This document shows, piece by piece, positions 26,392 through 40,133 of a DNA stretch of 64,000 bases (position 1 is its first letter; each line of letters begins with the position of its first letter). Source of the DNA: Takakia lepidozioides (taxonomy: Eukaryota > Plantae > Bryophyta); NCBI GenBank assembly GCA_030704615.1, contig CM060733.1:2542001-2606000 (forward strand), in the 5' to 3' direction. The notes under the pieces were generated by a model, which saw nothing but the letters and a program-made list of their open reading frames with translations, made no database searches and was not told where the DNA came from. A program made the translations under genes and the position numbers.

Positions 26392-29300
26392 TGTCGCGGC
26401 CCTTTGCCTTGAGGGCAGGGGGTCGGGACACATGAGGGGCTACCCCTGTGGTGGGGCAGCGGCAGCGATAGGTATGGGGGGCTGAAGCACCCTTGAGTGC
26501 CCAAGGCACTCAAGGAGGCGGAAGCGCTCACTAGGTGGAGCCCCGCACACCGGGTTGCGGTGGGGGTGGCTCCACAAGGGGTGGTGGTAGCTTAGCGGGA
26601 CTTAGTGGGGGTGGCATAGGACTCCATGGGGGCAGAGACCTCGTGGTGGGAGTCGTGGGGAGTCTTGGGACTCATCACGGTCCATAGGGGCCGTGGTGAG
26701 TGGGCCAAGACTCACCGCGACTCATCACCGGGAGTCGAGGGTTTTCGTGGTGGTTCGCCATAAAATGGCATGGCTGGTTGTGAAACCCCCGCGGACAGCT
26801 ACAGAAGTATATATAGGGAGTAGTAACCCCGAGAACGGTGCAAGCCCGTTGGTGACCAAAAACTAGTGAGTAAGCGAGCGAGCCGGAAAGCGACCAAAGA
26901 GTGGGGAGCTGTTTCGGACTGCCAACTGCCAAAGGGAATTCCCGCTGGTTCCAAATCGGTGGAGGGTTCTTTGGGAGAACAAAGGGGGGACCGTTATGCC
27001 CCGGTGAGCAGCCGAAGCTCCAAGTTGGCCCGGCGGCCAGGTTGGGAGTCAGGCGCGCGCAAGTAAGCGAGTAACTATGACTTAAGGGGGGAGCTTACCG
27101 AAGTGAGGTGCGCGACACTTGGTATCAGAGCTTAGAGTTCAGTACGCGATCGTCCTTGGGATTGGCCTCATCATGGGGTCGGGCAAGCCAAAGCGAAAGC
27201 GGAACGGCCCAAAAGATGATGATCCTGGTGAGCCCGATGAGGGCGACGTGTCACCGAGGCGGCCGTTTGAGGAAGCGATGCATGTTTCCGAAAAGGAGGC
27301 CGCTCAAGAGCGGGAGGAATCCGAGGAGTCGGAGCCCGAGGAATCCTTGAGAGCTCCGACAAACCAAGAGATGCCTCCCATGCCGGCAGCATTTTGGGAA
27401 GGGTTGTTGGCGCAGTTTGGCGGGACGTTGAGAGACGTGTTGAAGGCGGCTAATGCCACTTCCATTAAGGCAAAGTTTAAGGTGAAGCCTAAGGAACCCG
27501 GCACCTTCGAGGGCGTCCGAAATCGGAAGGCACTCAACACCTCGCTCCTGGAGCTAGAGTAGTACTTCCGGGCGGCCAAGTGAGTGACGAGGATCGGGTG
27601 GAAGTGGCTCCCACCTATTTGAGGGGCTATGCTTAACAATGGTGGCAGAAACGCCTTCACGACCGAGGTCCAAGCCCGGAAACCTTGAACTGGAGTGGGT
27701 TCAAGAAATTGATGAAGAGACGGTTTGTGCCCCTCAACGCGTCCTGGCTTACCCGGGACAAGATGAGGAATTTGAAGCAAACAGATGACATTCGGGGGTA
27801 TGTCCAGGCTTTCAATGTGATGTTGCTCAAAGTCGCGGACATGGCAGAACCAGAAATGGTCTTCAACTTTGTGGCGGGACTGGCCCCATGGGCCAAGCGG
27901 AAGTTGGAGAGGAGAAGCCACCCAAGACTTTGAACGAGGCAATTGAGAGGGCTGAATGTTTCTCGGATGTCCCTAGGGGTGAGAGACAAGGCCGTACGGA
28001 GCTGAACCAGAAGAAGACCCGGCGGGAAGGTGACTCCTTCCGACCGGAAAAGAAGTGGGATAGGCCACGCGGCGACAATGGCACGTGGAAATCGAAGGGA
28101 GGGCCTTCACACGTCAAGGCGGCACCCGGTGCTTCGAAAGGAAAAGCGGGTGGAGCAGCTCATGGCGGACAGAAGGTGACCTTTGATGGAGTGTGTTTCA
28201 ATTGCGGGGAGCCTAGGCACATGGCCAAGAAGTACACGAAACCTCGACAATTGAACATGACTCGGGCAACCACGGAGCTGTCGGAAGATACCATCAGTCG
28301 CTTAGTGGAAGCGGTGGTCGCCAGGACTTGCAAGGTAGGCAACTATTCTTGTGAGTTGTATCAGGAAACTGGCGCCCTGCGTAAAGGGAGTCAGTTATTG
28401 TTCGTGGATGGGATAATATCCGGAACTAACGTGTCGTTGTTATTGGACACAGGAGCGTCGCAGTCAATGAACGGGAAGAACCGGCAGCCAGTTACATGCC
28501 AGCCGAGTGCCTTCCTGGAATTTCCGGGTGTGACATGAAACCTCCGGAAAATGAACCGACGGAAAAAATGGCCCAAGAGGAAACCATCCGAGTGCCTGAC
28601 TCAGAGGACGGATTTTTGCCTTTCCGTATCAGTAAATGCCGGAAATATGCCTTAGTTGGCACGCCTGGACGGATTCCAGCCGTTCTTATCTTATAAGAAA
28701 ACGGAAAATGGCCGTTGAATGCTGCCACGTGCCGGAAATCCAGCATGCCAGGGCCCACACCTGGTTACATCCAACGGACGGGGTCAGGGTGGTTGGGGGC
28801 AAACCCTAGTAGAGACTAGAAGAGCCTTGCCACGTGGCGGAAATCCAGCATGCCAGGGCCCACGCCTGGTTACATCCAACGGACGGAGCCAGGGTGGTTG
28901 GGGGCAAACCCTAGAAGAGCCTTGCACTCGTTCTTTGCTAAGTCCTTTGCTCACCCTGCCGGGCCCGCACTTACCACTGTATGTTGATGTGCTGCCGACG
29001 CTCCCGCCTGCTTGTACTCGCTGCGTGCTACCACACTTCAAGGCCCAGACATGTTTTCAACCTTGCATTCGTTTTTTGCTAAGTCCTTTGCTCACCTGCC
29101 GGGCCCGCACTTACCACTGGCTGTATGTTGATGTGCTGCCGACGCTCCCGCCTGCTTGTACTCGCTGCGTGCTACCACACTTCAAGGCCCAGGCATGAGT
29201 CTTTGTTTCATTTGGTTATGTCCTTGCTTTTCCTAGTGATAGGTTATGACTTTTGCCTTTTGAAGTCTACAGCTACATGACTTTCTGCATACTTTGTGCT

Positions 29301-32300
29301 CATCATGCAGTAAAAAACAAGGGCATTGGTAGGCCTCCCCTTCGGTTCTTCTACCGTTCTTTCGACCACGGTTTCTGTTGCTTTGCAGCAGGCACAAGCC
29401 GTGTCTATTTTGTGTCGGGCAAAGGCGGCTGGGAGGGCTGCATCTCACCTCCCACCGATTTCTGACCCACCTCCCCTTCTATTTTCTGATTTGCTTCAGG
29501 CAGTTGGCAGGCCTTGCACTCGTTCTTTGCTAAGTCCACATCTCACCTGCCGGGGCCCGCACTTACCACTGGCTGTATGTTGATGATGTGCTGCCGACGC
29601 TCCCGCCTGCTTGCACTCGCTGGCCCTTCCTTGTTGCAATTTCCGTGCTATAAATTTGTATTTTGTAAGGTCTTGGCTATGGCCAAGCGCCAAAGGAATC
29701 TAAGAAATGTGTTATTTAGGGCTGGTCGCACTGGTGATTGTGATGAGGAGTCTCCTTCCGCTGTCCCCCCTGCCTCATCTTCAAGTGGTATGGACAAGCC
29801 ATCGAATAGTGTAGAGGCAGCCCAGAAAGCATGGAAAGATGTTTGGTACACTCAATTTGATTGGATTGAGTTTAACCATGATCTAGGTAGGGTTTTTTTG
29901 TAAAGTTTGTAGAGGGAAAGGAGGGAGGACAGTCTTTGCAAATGCTGGTTCTGTCAATGTCAAGGTGAGTTCATTCCAAGACCATGCTAGGTCAGAAGAG
30001 CATCGTAAGTTCTCTTGGGCCCTACAATCTGGTAAGAAAGCCATGGAGAAAGCCATAGCTAGTGCTAATCGAGCTTGTGATGATGCTGTTTTGGCTCTTT
30101 TCCAAGTTGCTTACTACATTGGTTTGGAGGCCTTGCCATTTAGCAAATTTCCAAGTTTGTGTCAACTTTTGGTTACTCTCAAAGCTTGTATTACCCAGAA
30201 ACTGTACCATGATGAGAAGTCATGTGCTGATATATTGTATTGTATCTCATGTGTTGTTCAGAAAAAGGTGTTGGATAGAGTGAAGGATTCCAAGTACTAT
30301 GGAATCATGATAGATGAGTCAACTGACATTTCAGTGACCGGTCATCTTGTTGTTTTTGCTTCTTTTGTTGAAGAGGGTTTGCCAGTCACTCTGTTTTTGG
30401 GATTACTTCATTATTGATGGCAAGAAGGATGCCGCAATGATATATGAGTGTTTACTAACTAGTTTGAAAGAGTGGGGTTTGGATGATGTAGATAAGTTTT
30501 TGGGTTTGGTTCGGATGGGGCAGCAACCATGGTGGGGACTCGATCCGGCGTGGTTGCTTGTCTTAAGCAAAAGGTAAACCCCTTTATGTTGGCCGTCCAT
30601 TGCGTAGCACATAGGACCAACTTGGCAGCATTAGAAGCTGCCAAGACATCAGCATGTCATCTTATTTCAAATGAGGTTGACACACTTTTGAACTCTCTTG
30701 CTGGTCATTTTCGCAAATCATCTAAGCGTAAGGCAACCTTGCAAGCTTTGCAGACCGAGCTTAATGATGCTCAGAAGTGCCTCAAAAGGTTTCACAAGAT
30801 TCGTTGGTTATCTAGGTGGCAGGCCGTGACATCGCTTTGTGATAGTCTTGAGAGTGTTGTCACGTATTTTAGAGATGTGTCGGTTGCCAATGATGATGGA
30901 TCAGCCTCTCTTTTGTATAACAAGCTTAGGGCATTCAAAATGATTTATGTCTTGTATTTTTTGGCTGATATGTTGCACGGTCTATCTCTACTCTCACGTG
31001 TGTTCCAATGGAAGTTTGTGGATGTAACTAGCATTGGGTCCATAGTTAAGACAGAGATTGCACAAATACGAATGTTTTTCATTGAGGATAGCACGGATTT
31101 GAACCAATCCACCTTCAATGAGGAAGTGGGTTATCACATCATCCCGGAATTTGGTCCTCCTGGTGGGTATTTGAGGCGGCTAGCCTCTGAGATTAGGGGA
31201 TCCAATTTTCATGGTGTACAAATGACACGAGAGAGGATAGGGGGTGATTTGGAGGCAGCACTTACCTTCCAAAAGCTTTATGCAGAGGCTGTTTGCAATG
31301 CTTTGGATGCCAGATTTGAGGACAACGGAGTTGTAAGTGCATTCAAAATATTGAGTCCATGTAACCTACCAACTAGGCAAGTGGGGTTAGCAAGTTGGGG
31401 TGTAGTAGAGTTGGAAATATTATGTGCGCACTATGGTGTCGAAAGACATATTGCAGGAAGGACATTGCTTGCCCTTGTTGACATAGCAGCGGTGAAACGA
31501 GAGTTCTTGCTTTCAAACTACAGGCAAGTACCGAGTGGATGGAGAAAACATTCAAGGATCTTTGGGGCATGGTGACTTGGAACCCTTCTCTAACGATGAA
31601 GTATGAAAACTTGCTTGTGCTTTCTGAAATTGCTCGAGTTCAATGTGTAAGCACTGCCGCATGTGAGAGGGCATTCTCAGTTCAAAACTCAATCAAAACT
31701 AAATTTCGAAACAAGTTGAAAACAAAGAACTTGGAAAGTGTGCTTCGTGTTGCTTTGGAAGGGCCAAGTGTGCAGGCATGTCAACCTGTTTTGATTGAGG
31801 CCATATCTTTGTGGAAGAACTCCACAAACTTCAGACATTTGTTCTCTCATCCTGAGCTATATTTAGCTGGACAGCCAATAGCTGGACAACCATAAGGTGG
31901 GCCATCATATGCAGAAGGTACGAATGATGATTTGCAGTTTTGAATTTATGTTTGTTTGTTTGTTTAGATAGGTAACGCTTCTAAAATTCAAGGCCCTTCA
32001 ACTTTTGGTTGAGGTCCTTGCATTTTAGAAGGGTTCGATCCTTGGCCTCCAACTGGTGGAGGGCATTGACAGGTTCAACTCCTGCCAAGGATACTTTTCT
32101 GCACTTGTTTGAATTGCTTAAAATTGGTTGTGATTATTTATTGTTGTTCATTTGTTGAATTTGTATGCAGCCGAATTTAATTTTCATTTGCAGGAAATGA
32201 GCCGGTTGATATGTACAATGGCCGGATTTATAGCCGAACACACCCAAAAAAAAAAGGAATATTACCGGTTGTAAAACAATATGTAGGAAATTGACCGCCT

Positions 32301-35300
32301 GAAGTTACCACTAAGGGGCAGCAGCCGACCCCCCAACCCACTTAGCCGGTTGGTGTTGAAAATGAGCGGCCACTGGCTGGTTCAACTCAAAATATTTCCC
32401 GGACACTGGTCACAGTCCTTCATGACGCCGGCGGCGGCGCGAAAGTTGGGACTCCCGACAAGTGACGTGGGGGCCTCTATTGAGGTGCGTTCTGCCAAAG
32501 GAGAACCGCAATTGGCGACAAGGTTGGCGTTTGATGTTCCTCTTCAACTGGGGAGTTGGGGGGGACGTGAGAACTTCACCATCTGCGAGATCGATGGAGT
32601 GGATCTCATTTTGGGGATGACCTTTTTGAGCAAATCCGGAGCGGTCATAGATGGCCGCAAGAGAGTAGTCACGCTGCCATGTGGGAATGGTGGCGAGGTC
32701 TTACGAGTGTCGGAAACGCCCAAATCCGTGGAGGGCGAATAAAACTTCTGTCAGCAAGGGAGTGGGCCATGGAGGAGGCACACGAGCCCCAGTTTTTGCT
32801 TTACATTAGAGAAGTAAAGGGAGAAGGCGATGGGGAGCCGAGCCCAGATTGGATCAAGGGGATTTGAGATACCAGGATGTGATGCCGGAGGATTTACCAA
32901 GCGGCTTGCCACCGCGAAGAGGAGTTGACCACAAGATCGAGGTGATACCGGGATCGGAACCGCCTGCTAAGGCACCCTACCGGTTGAGCCACAGGGAGTT
33001 GGTCGAGCTGAAGACTCAGCTCAAGGATCTAATGTCAAAGGGGTACATCCGGCCGAGTAAGTCACCTTACGGAGCCCCGGTGCTATTCGCAGACAAGAAG
33101 GATGGGATGCTGCTGATGTGTGTCGATTACAGGGCTCCGAATAAGGTGACTATCAAAAACCGGTACCCTTTGCCAAAGATCGACGACCTCTTCGATCGGT
33201 TGGCAGGAGCGAAGTATTTCAGCCGGATCGACTTGCGCTCCGGCTATCATCAAATTCGGGTGGCAGAAGGAGATAAGGAGAAAACTGCGTGCAGGACAAG
33301 GTATGGTTCGTATGAGTTCTTGGTGATGCCTTTCGGGCTCACCAATGCACCAGCGACATTTAGCACGCTGATGAACAGCCTTTTTCAGGAGTGGTTGGAT
33401 GACTTTGTGATCGTGTACATCGACGACATCTTGGTGTACTCGAAAACAAAGGAGGAGCACCTAAAAAAGGTGTTCCAAAAATTGCGAGAAGGGAAGCTGT
33501 ATGCCAAAGCTTCAAAGTGCGAATTTGGGGTCACAAAAGTGGAGTTCCTGGGGCATGTGATTACACAGGATGGGATCAAAATGGATGACAGAAAGGTGGG
33601 GTGATCTTGGACTGGGAGCCTCCGACTTCGGTCCCGGGAGTGCGATCCTTCCTAGGACTCGCCTCCTATTACCGGAAGTATGTGAGAAATTTCGCCAAGA
33701 TCGCAGGGCCGTTGTCAGACCTTCTGTGTAAATCCAAAGTCTGGGTATGGAACACCTTGTGTGGCCAAGCTTTTGCTGAATTGAAGCAGCGGATGGCGGA
33801 AGCTCCAGTCTTGAAAATCCCGGAGTTCGATCGTCCATTCGAGATACATACAGATGCGTCGGACTTCGCGATTGGGGGTATATTGATGCAAGATGGACGT
33901 CCAGTGGCTTACGAAAGTAAGAAACTGAATGAAGTGGAGCGACGGTGGCCGACGCACGAGAAAGAGATGAAGGCGGTGGTGCACTGTCTTGAGCTTTGGC
34001 GCCACTATGTTGGTTCCAACCCAGTGAAGGTGTTCACGGACAATGTCACGGTGAAGTATTTTGCCACGCAGCCCAAGTTGTCCCCAAAACAACTTAGGTG
34101 GCAAGATACTTTGGCAGTGTTCGACGTGGATATCCAGTACAAACCGGGACGAGACAACGTGGTAGCCGATGCTTTAAGTAGAAAGCAGCAGCTCTTGTTG
34201 GTGTACAAGGGCGAGACGGCGCTCCAAAGGAAGATCCGGAAGGCTTGCCGGAAGGATGAGCTGGCGAAGTCCGTGATGCAGGACTTGAGGATGGGGGTTA
34301 AATCGCAGTTCCACTTGCAAAATGGACTGCTCCGGTATAAGCAAAAGCGTCTCTACGTGCCGAGGAAGGATCAGAGATAGCCTCTTGAGAGAATGCCATG
34401 ATAGCCCGCTTGCGGGCTACGACGGAGCCAAGCGCACTGCGGCACTCTTGAAGAAAGAGTATTTCTGGCCCAAACTGAGGGAGGAGGCAGAGAGTATGTC
34501 AAGACATGCACCACATGCCAACAAAACCGGAGCGAGTACAAAAAGCAAGCGGGGCTGTTACAACCCTTGCCGATTCCAGAGGGGACTTGGGAAAGCGTCT
34601 CGATGGATTTCATGACTGCTATGCCGCTGTCAAAATGATTCGATGCAATCATGGTGGTGGTGGATAGGTTCAGTAAAATGGGTCATTTCATCCCCACCAA
34701 GGAGACGGCAACGGCGCAGGAAACAGGGCGACTTTACTTCGCCCACGTCTTAAAGCATCATGGAGTCCCAAAGGATATTGTCTCGGACCGCGATCCAAAA
34801 TTTACGAGTAAATTTTGGAGGGCACTTTGGAAGAAGATGGGGACGAGGCTGAAGATGAGCACCGCCTTCCGACCCACGACCGACGGCCAAACAGAAAGAG
34901 TGAATTCCGTAGTGAAGCACATCTTGCGGAATTACGTGTCGGCAGACCAAACAGACTGGGTGGAACACTTAGACGCGGCAGAGTTCTGTTATAATAACAG
35001 AACACTCCGCAACGGGAGTTTCCCCTTTTGTATTGGGTCTATGGAAAAGCACCTCTGGTGCCGACAAGTTGGGCCGCCCAGGACGTTGAGGAACCGACAG
35101 TAGCGGCGGTACTAGAAGAACGTGAGCGTTTGTTGAAGCTCGCAAAGTACAACATTGCCAAAGCTAGGAAACGGTATGAAAGGCAGGCGAATCGGAAGCG
35201 GAGGGAAGTGAAGTTTGAGGCAGGCACGGAGGTCTGGTTGAACATCAAGAATTTCCGACTACCTCCGGAAGTGAGTCCAAAGTTCGTACCTCCGTATGCG

Positions 35301-37295
35301 GGACCCTTTCGCATCCGGAAGGTTATGAATGAGGATGTGTATGAATTGGAGCTGCCGGCAAACAGCAAAGTGCATCCAGTATTTCACGTCTCCTTTTTGA
35401 AGCCTTACTTCAAAGATGAAGCGCGTCCGAATCGGCATCAAGTGTTGCGTCCGCCGCCTGTGTTGTTGGATCATGAAAATGAACCTGAGTACGAGGTGGA
35501 GGCAGTACTTAAGTCGAGGAGGTTCAAGAACCGAGAAACGGAGTATCTCGTCAAATGGAAGGGCTATCATCATGTGGAGGCATCTTGGGTGCGTGCCTCA
35601 GAAATGGGAAACGCATCCGAGGCGGTTGCAGTTTTCGAAGGGCGACCTCAAAAGCGGAAGAAGCGTTGATGGGGACATCAACCTTGGAGCGTGGGGGAGG
35701 AAATGCATGCTTAGCCCGGCTTAGCTAGCTCAGGAATCCGATTGCAAAAACTTGTATTGTACAAAAATTTGTTATAAAGGAAATGGGTTCCAAATGTTGT
35801 GTGTCCTATTTTGTTTGGAATGGTGATGCATGGTGTGCTTGGCTAGTGTGTAGAATGCATGCTAGCTTACAAAAGTGGGAGAGGTAAATTGGGTTAATCG
35901 TGTGTTTGCGCAGTGCCGAAATCGAGTGACTCCCATCCAAGGGGCAAGGAAACATGCGCCTTCTTTGGGAGTTCACGTGCTAGTGCGCACCTGGCGCGTG
36001 CGCGTACTATAACTGCGCTACCGAGGTGGTTGCCTTGTAGTGCGGGCTAACGCGGAAGCTATGTGCTTCCGTTCACGTACTCTACTCGTGTAGCCTCGTG
36101 ACGAAGTCGTAGTGCGGCTTCCACGTGTTCCCGTACCTCAGCCAGCATTCCAAGACGGACCCATTGTAGTGATTGGGGCGCATGCGGTTGGTTCAAGTTA
36201 TCTTCCTAGTCAAAGGGGGTTCGAGGTGAACCCTTGCGCAAAGTGATGCCAAAGCGCATCAGGAGCGATCGCAATCATGTTGTGTTTGTTCAGTAAGGGC
36301 GATTCGATCCTCGGGGAGGATCGTTTCCTTGACCTTGAAGAAGGCCAAAATGGTGCATTGGAGGAGCTTGAGAGGCTCCACCACTTGCCGTGACTTGGAG
36401 GGAAGTCGGCCAAACTAGCTAGTGGAGAGTAGAGTCAAGTGTGGGGTTTGGTTCTTTGCCATGGGACGCCATGGTACGGAACAAACTCCTTGATGTGGGA
36501 CCCACAACCTTGGATTTTCGTTTCTACAAAATGGACAGTCGATGAGGACATCGACTCCCTGTTGGTAGGGGTGTGTGTCGGGCCCTTTGCCTTGAGGGGC
36601 AGGGGGTTCGGGACACATGAGGGGCTACCCCTGTGGTGGGGGTAGCGGCAGCGATAAGGTATGGGGGGCTGAAGCACCCTTGAGTGCCCAAGGCACTCCA
36701 GGAGGCGGAGGCGCTCACTAGGTGGCCCCGCCCACCCGGGTTGCGGTGGGGGTGGCTCCACAAGGTGGTGGTAGCTTAGCGGGACTTAGTGGGGGTGGCA
36801 TAGGACTCACCATGGGGCGGGGACCTCGTGGTGGGAGTCGTGTGGAGTCTTGGGACTCATCACGGTCCAGGGGGCCCGTGGTGAGTGGCAAGACTCAACC
36901 GCGACTCATCACCGGGGAGTCGAGGGTTTTCGTGGTGGTTCGCCATAAAATGGCATGTCTGGTTGTGAAACCCCCCGCGGACAGCTACAGTAATATATAG
37001 GGAGTAGTAACCCCGAAACGGTGCAAGCCCCGTTGTGACCAAAAACTAGTGAGTAAGCGAGCGAGCCGGAAGCGACCAAAGAGTGGGGAGCTGTTTCGGA
37101 CTGCCAACTGCCAAGGGAATTCCCGTTGGTTCCACATCGGTGGAGGGTTCTTTGGGAGACAAAGGGGACCGTTATGCCCCGGTGAGCAGCCGAAGCTCCA
37201 AGTTGGCCCGACGGCCAGGTTGGGAGTCAGGCGCGCGCAAGTAAGCGAGTAACTATGACTTGAGGGGGGAGCTTACCGAAGTGAGGTGCGCGACA
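26392..37295 (+). mobile_element. Full-length Ty3/gypsy chromovirus (Galadriel-like), frameshifted
   Basis: LTRs 26392-27117 and 36576-37295 (TG..CA), TSD tgaag, tRNA-iMet PBS tggtatcagagc at 27120, purine tract before the 3' LTR. Gag with CCHC-like knuckle, protease LLDTGA, RT (YIDD), RNase H (TDAS), integrase (SDRDPKF..TERVN), GPF motif and chromodomain (EYEVEAVL..YLVKWKGY..ASW). Confidence 0.96.
28465..32408 (+). mobile_element. hAT DNA transposon (ZNF862/DUF4371-like transposase) inserted in the chromovirus protease
   Basis: Imperfect TIRs caatgaacgggaa / ttcccggacactg and 8-bp TSD gtcgcagt / gtcacagt; removing the element restores GASQSFMT. Transposase at about 29679-31895 has IDESTD, SDGA, HCVAH, RWLSR, CERAFS, with frameshifts. 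Internal tandem duplications at 28720-29200. Confidence 0.93.
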
Positions 37296-38039
37296 TGAAG
37301 CTTCTCAAGAGACTTCCCTGGATCGATGAAGCTTCTCAGGAGACTTCCTTAAGTTGGAGGATCTTTCTTTAGGCAGGGAAAGTTTCTGTAGGACTTCGTT
37401 TGGCTGGGGAAGCTTCTTAGGAGACTCCTTAGTAGCCAGTATATAAAAAAGGCAGACTTGGCACTCATCCAGTCTCGCCAACACAAGTTCAAACTACTCT
37501 TATTTCCAGTCCCAATACTCATGTCCAGCTTCCAGTACTCTAGTCCAGTTTCCAACATTCTAGTATTCCAGTCGAGTTTCAGTATCTTGCACTCTTGTCC
37601 ATGTTATAAATATCATCTTGAGTCTTCTTTACCAATCATGCATTCGACCATGCCGACCTTGACTTCTTGTCTGGTCTTGTACCTCTAAGTTTGATCTCTG
37701 TTTGTGTTTCATCATGCCCTTGTTCTTGACACCAAGTACAGTTCCAGCATCTTATATTCTTGTCATTTTTGTAAAGACTACATAAAGTTCCTCTTAATTC
37801 ATGTTTACCCATCCGCAGACCTTGACTTCTTGTCTAGTTTTATACCTCTAGTCTGATATCTTATTTGAGTTCAGTCATGTTCTCGTCCTTGACATTGACT
37901 GATATGGGTAGAGATCACGTTCTGCCTTGGTATATAAATTCGCAGAGATCGGACATACCCGTACCACTCTATGCCTCAACACCAATACATTCATATCATC
38001 CTTCAAAGGTTCAAGTTGGAATTAAGTAATGCAGTTGCA

Positions 38040-38790
38040 ACTCTTTTTTTACGCTGATTATAAACTCTCCAATGAAATGGCACCTATGACTAGGAAAGAA
38101 GAGGAGGATATGAAGGTTATTCCTTATCAAAGTGCAATTGGAAATTTGATATATTGCATGGCTACACATTGTCTACTATGTGGGAATGGTGTCACAATTT
38201 CTTTCAAACCCAAGACATATCTATTGGCTAGTGGTAAAAAGATTTTTTTTGATATCTTAGAGTAACGACATCGTCTAGCATAGTTTATGGCCGAAAGGAG
38301 AATCCAAAGTTGGTTGGATTTATAGATGTAGATTGGGCAGATAGTAGAAGATCTACTTCAGGCCATTGCTTTGTTCTAGCAGGTGGTGCGGTGTCTTGGT
38401 CTAGCAAACGACAAACTTCAACAGCTCTTTCATCAACAGAAGCTGAGTACGCTGCACATCTCAGCTACACAAGCAACAAAAGAAAGTTATTTGGTTGTGG
38501 AAACTACTTTAAGATTTGGGGCACCTACAGCCACACCCTACAACTTTATATTGTGACAATCAAAGTGCCATTGCATTAAGTCAAAACCCAAAAACCATTT
38601 GAGAACTAAACACATTGAGGTTCAGCATCACTACATTTGAGAGATTGTAGGCAAATGAGAAATCGAAATGCTCTACTACCCTACAAAAGACATAATTGCG
38701 AGTGTTTTCACAAAAAACCTGCCAAAGCCAAAACACATCAAATGTTCACTTGAACTTGGTGTAATGTCTCCAAAGACATCAGTGGAAGGT
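38040..38790 (+). mobile_element. Degenerate Ty1/copia RT-RNase H remnant
   Basis: PYQSAIGNLIY, GFIDVDWA, RRSTSG, VSWSSKRQ..TALSSTEAEY, CDNQSAIAL, TKHIEV; stops and frameshifts throughout. Confidence 0.85.
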
Positions 38791-38816
38791 TGAGAGTATG
38801 TGATTATCTCGTTGAG

Positions 38817-39261
38817 AGACACAACAGATCCCGGCTTTAACGTCTGCCACATTGGCCCAGTTGTAGCATATATGTCTATAAAATGCAAGGGGGTAGTTCT
38901 AGTTGCCAATTGTGACCACCACCTTGTACCTCCACCACGTCAGGATATGCGGTCAAACACGTTTGACCAAATAGGGGGAGATGGTAGATACGACTAGGAG
39001 TCATGGCCAACTGCAACAGGTTGACGTGGGCATGAAAATGTATGATTGCCAGTATTCACGACTGCACGTGGCGATTGTCGGTTGCCCAAGGGTGGTCTAC
39101 GGACGATGCAAACAAAAATGGATGAAACAGATGCAGGATGTGATTGCAAATGACTACGTGTCAACATATCATTCCTGGCGGGTACTAAGCCACACCCTTT
39201 GTATTTTCAACTTTCAAGTTTCATTATAGGCTCGACTATTGTCGCTTTTCACTGTTGTAGT
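38817..39261. mobile_element. Putative non-autonomous CACTA-like element
   Basis: Left end acaacagatcccggcttt matches the reverse complement of the CACTA-type end at 53038; right end ...actgttgtagt. Confidence 0.5.
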
Positions 39262-40133
39262 CACAAACAATATTACGTGTTTTTATGATATATATTTTAA
39301 TTCAAATAAATTTAGAATAAATCATTGGAGAGAGTTTTAAATGTCATTTCACTTATTTAAATACGTTAAGTGTACAAACAATTGACTAGTAGTTAGAGAT
39401 AGTGATATAGAGTAACTACATAACCACAAATCTAGTAACTTAAATGGACGGTGAAACCGAATTGCGTGTCTTCCAGTAGTTATATGAATGAAGGAAGGAA
39501 TGAATGAATGGATGAATGAATATTTAGGATGAACTAGGATGAATGACGATGAATGTGCTCTAATTTAGGGTTGCTAGGTCGCAGTGTTGCAGGGGCTGGG
39601 ACTTAGTGTTTTTTGGGGTCTGTCTCTTCTTAGCGAAGCAGAGCGATAGCAGGCCGTATTTCAATCTCTGCCCGCTCGCAGCACCCTGGTGGTTCTCACA
39701 GACCAATCTGACATTATCTACCTGACTACACAAGCAACACACACAAGAGGTCATCTTGGGTTCATGGTCAGTCAAATCCTCCATAGGTCATGACACAAGG
39801 TCGAGGACAATATGGAACATAGTCAAGTCTGACGACCACACGTTTTTGTTGCAATTCTGCAGATTGCAGGTGAGTCAAACGATCCGGGATTTGACAAGTT
39901 GAAGCAAATTGTAGAATGGTGTTGGCTCTCCCCATACACACAGATCCAGAGGGAGGCAGGGGAGTTGAGGCAGACAGAAGGGCTTGGGGTATGTGCTGCG
40001 GCACTAGAATCAACCGTTCAGGAGTGAGAGGGGCTTGATGACTCATAACCCTTTGTTAAAAGAACTCCGTGGTGCAGTAGTCCCCAACCTGCATTGGGAT
40101 TTGATAGAACCCATCATACCATTTGAGGAAACC

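Larger units (their letters stand above)
26220..37731. mobile_element. Family-X solo LTR inserted into another family-X copy and itself interrupted by the chromovirus
   Basis: TG (26220)...CA (37731) with 5-bp TSD ccaag at 26215-26219 and 37732-37736. Confidence 0.85.
25850..37894. mobile_element. Outer family-X LTR copy, interrupted by the nested insertions (5' boundary approximate)
   Basis: About 25850-26219 continues at 37737-37894, ending ...gttctcgtccttgaca. Confidence 0.65.
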
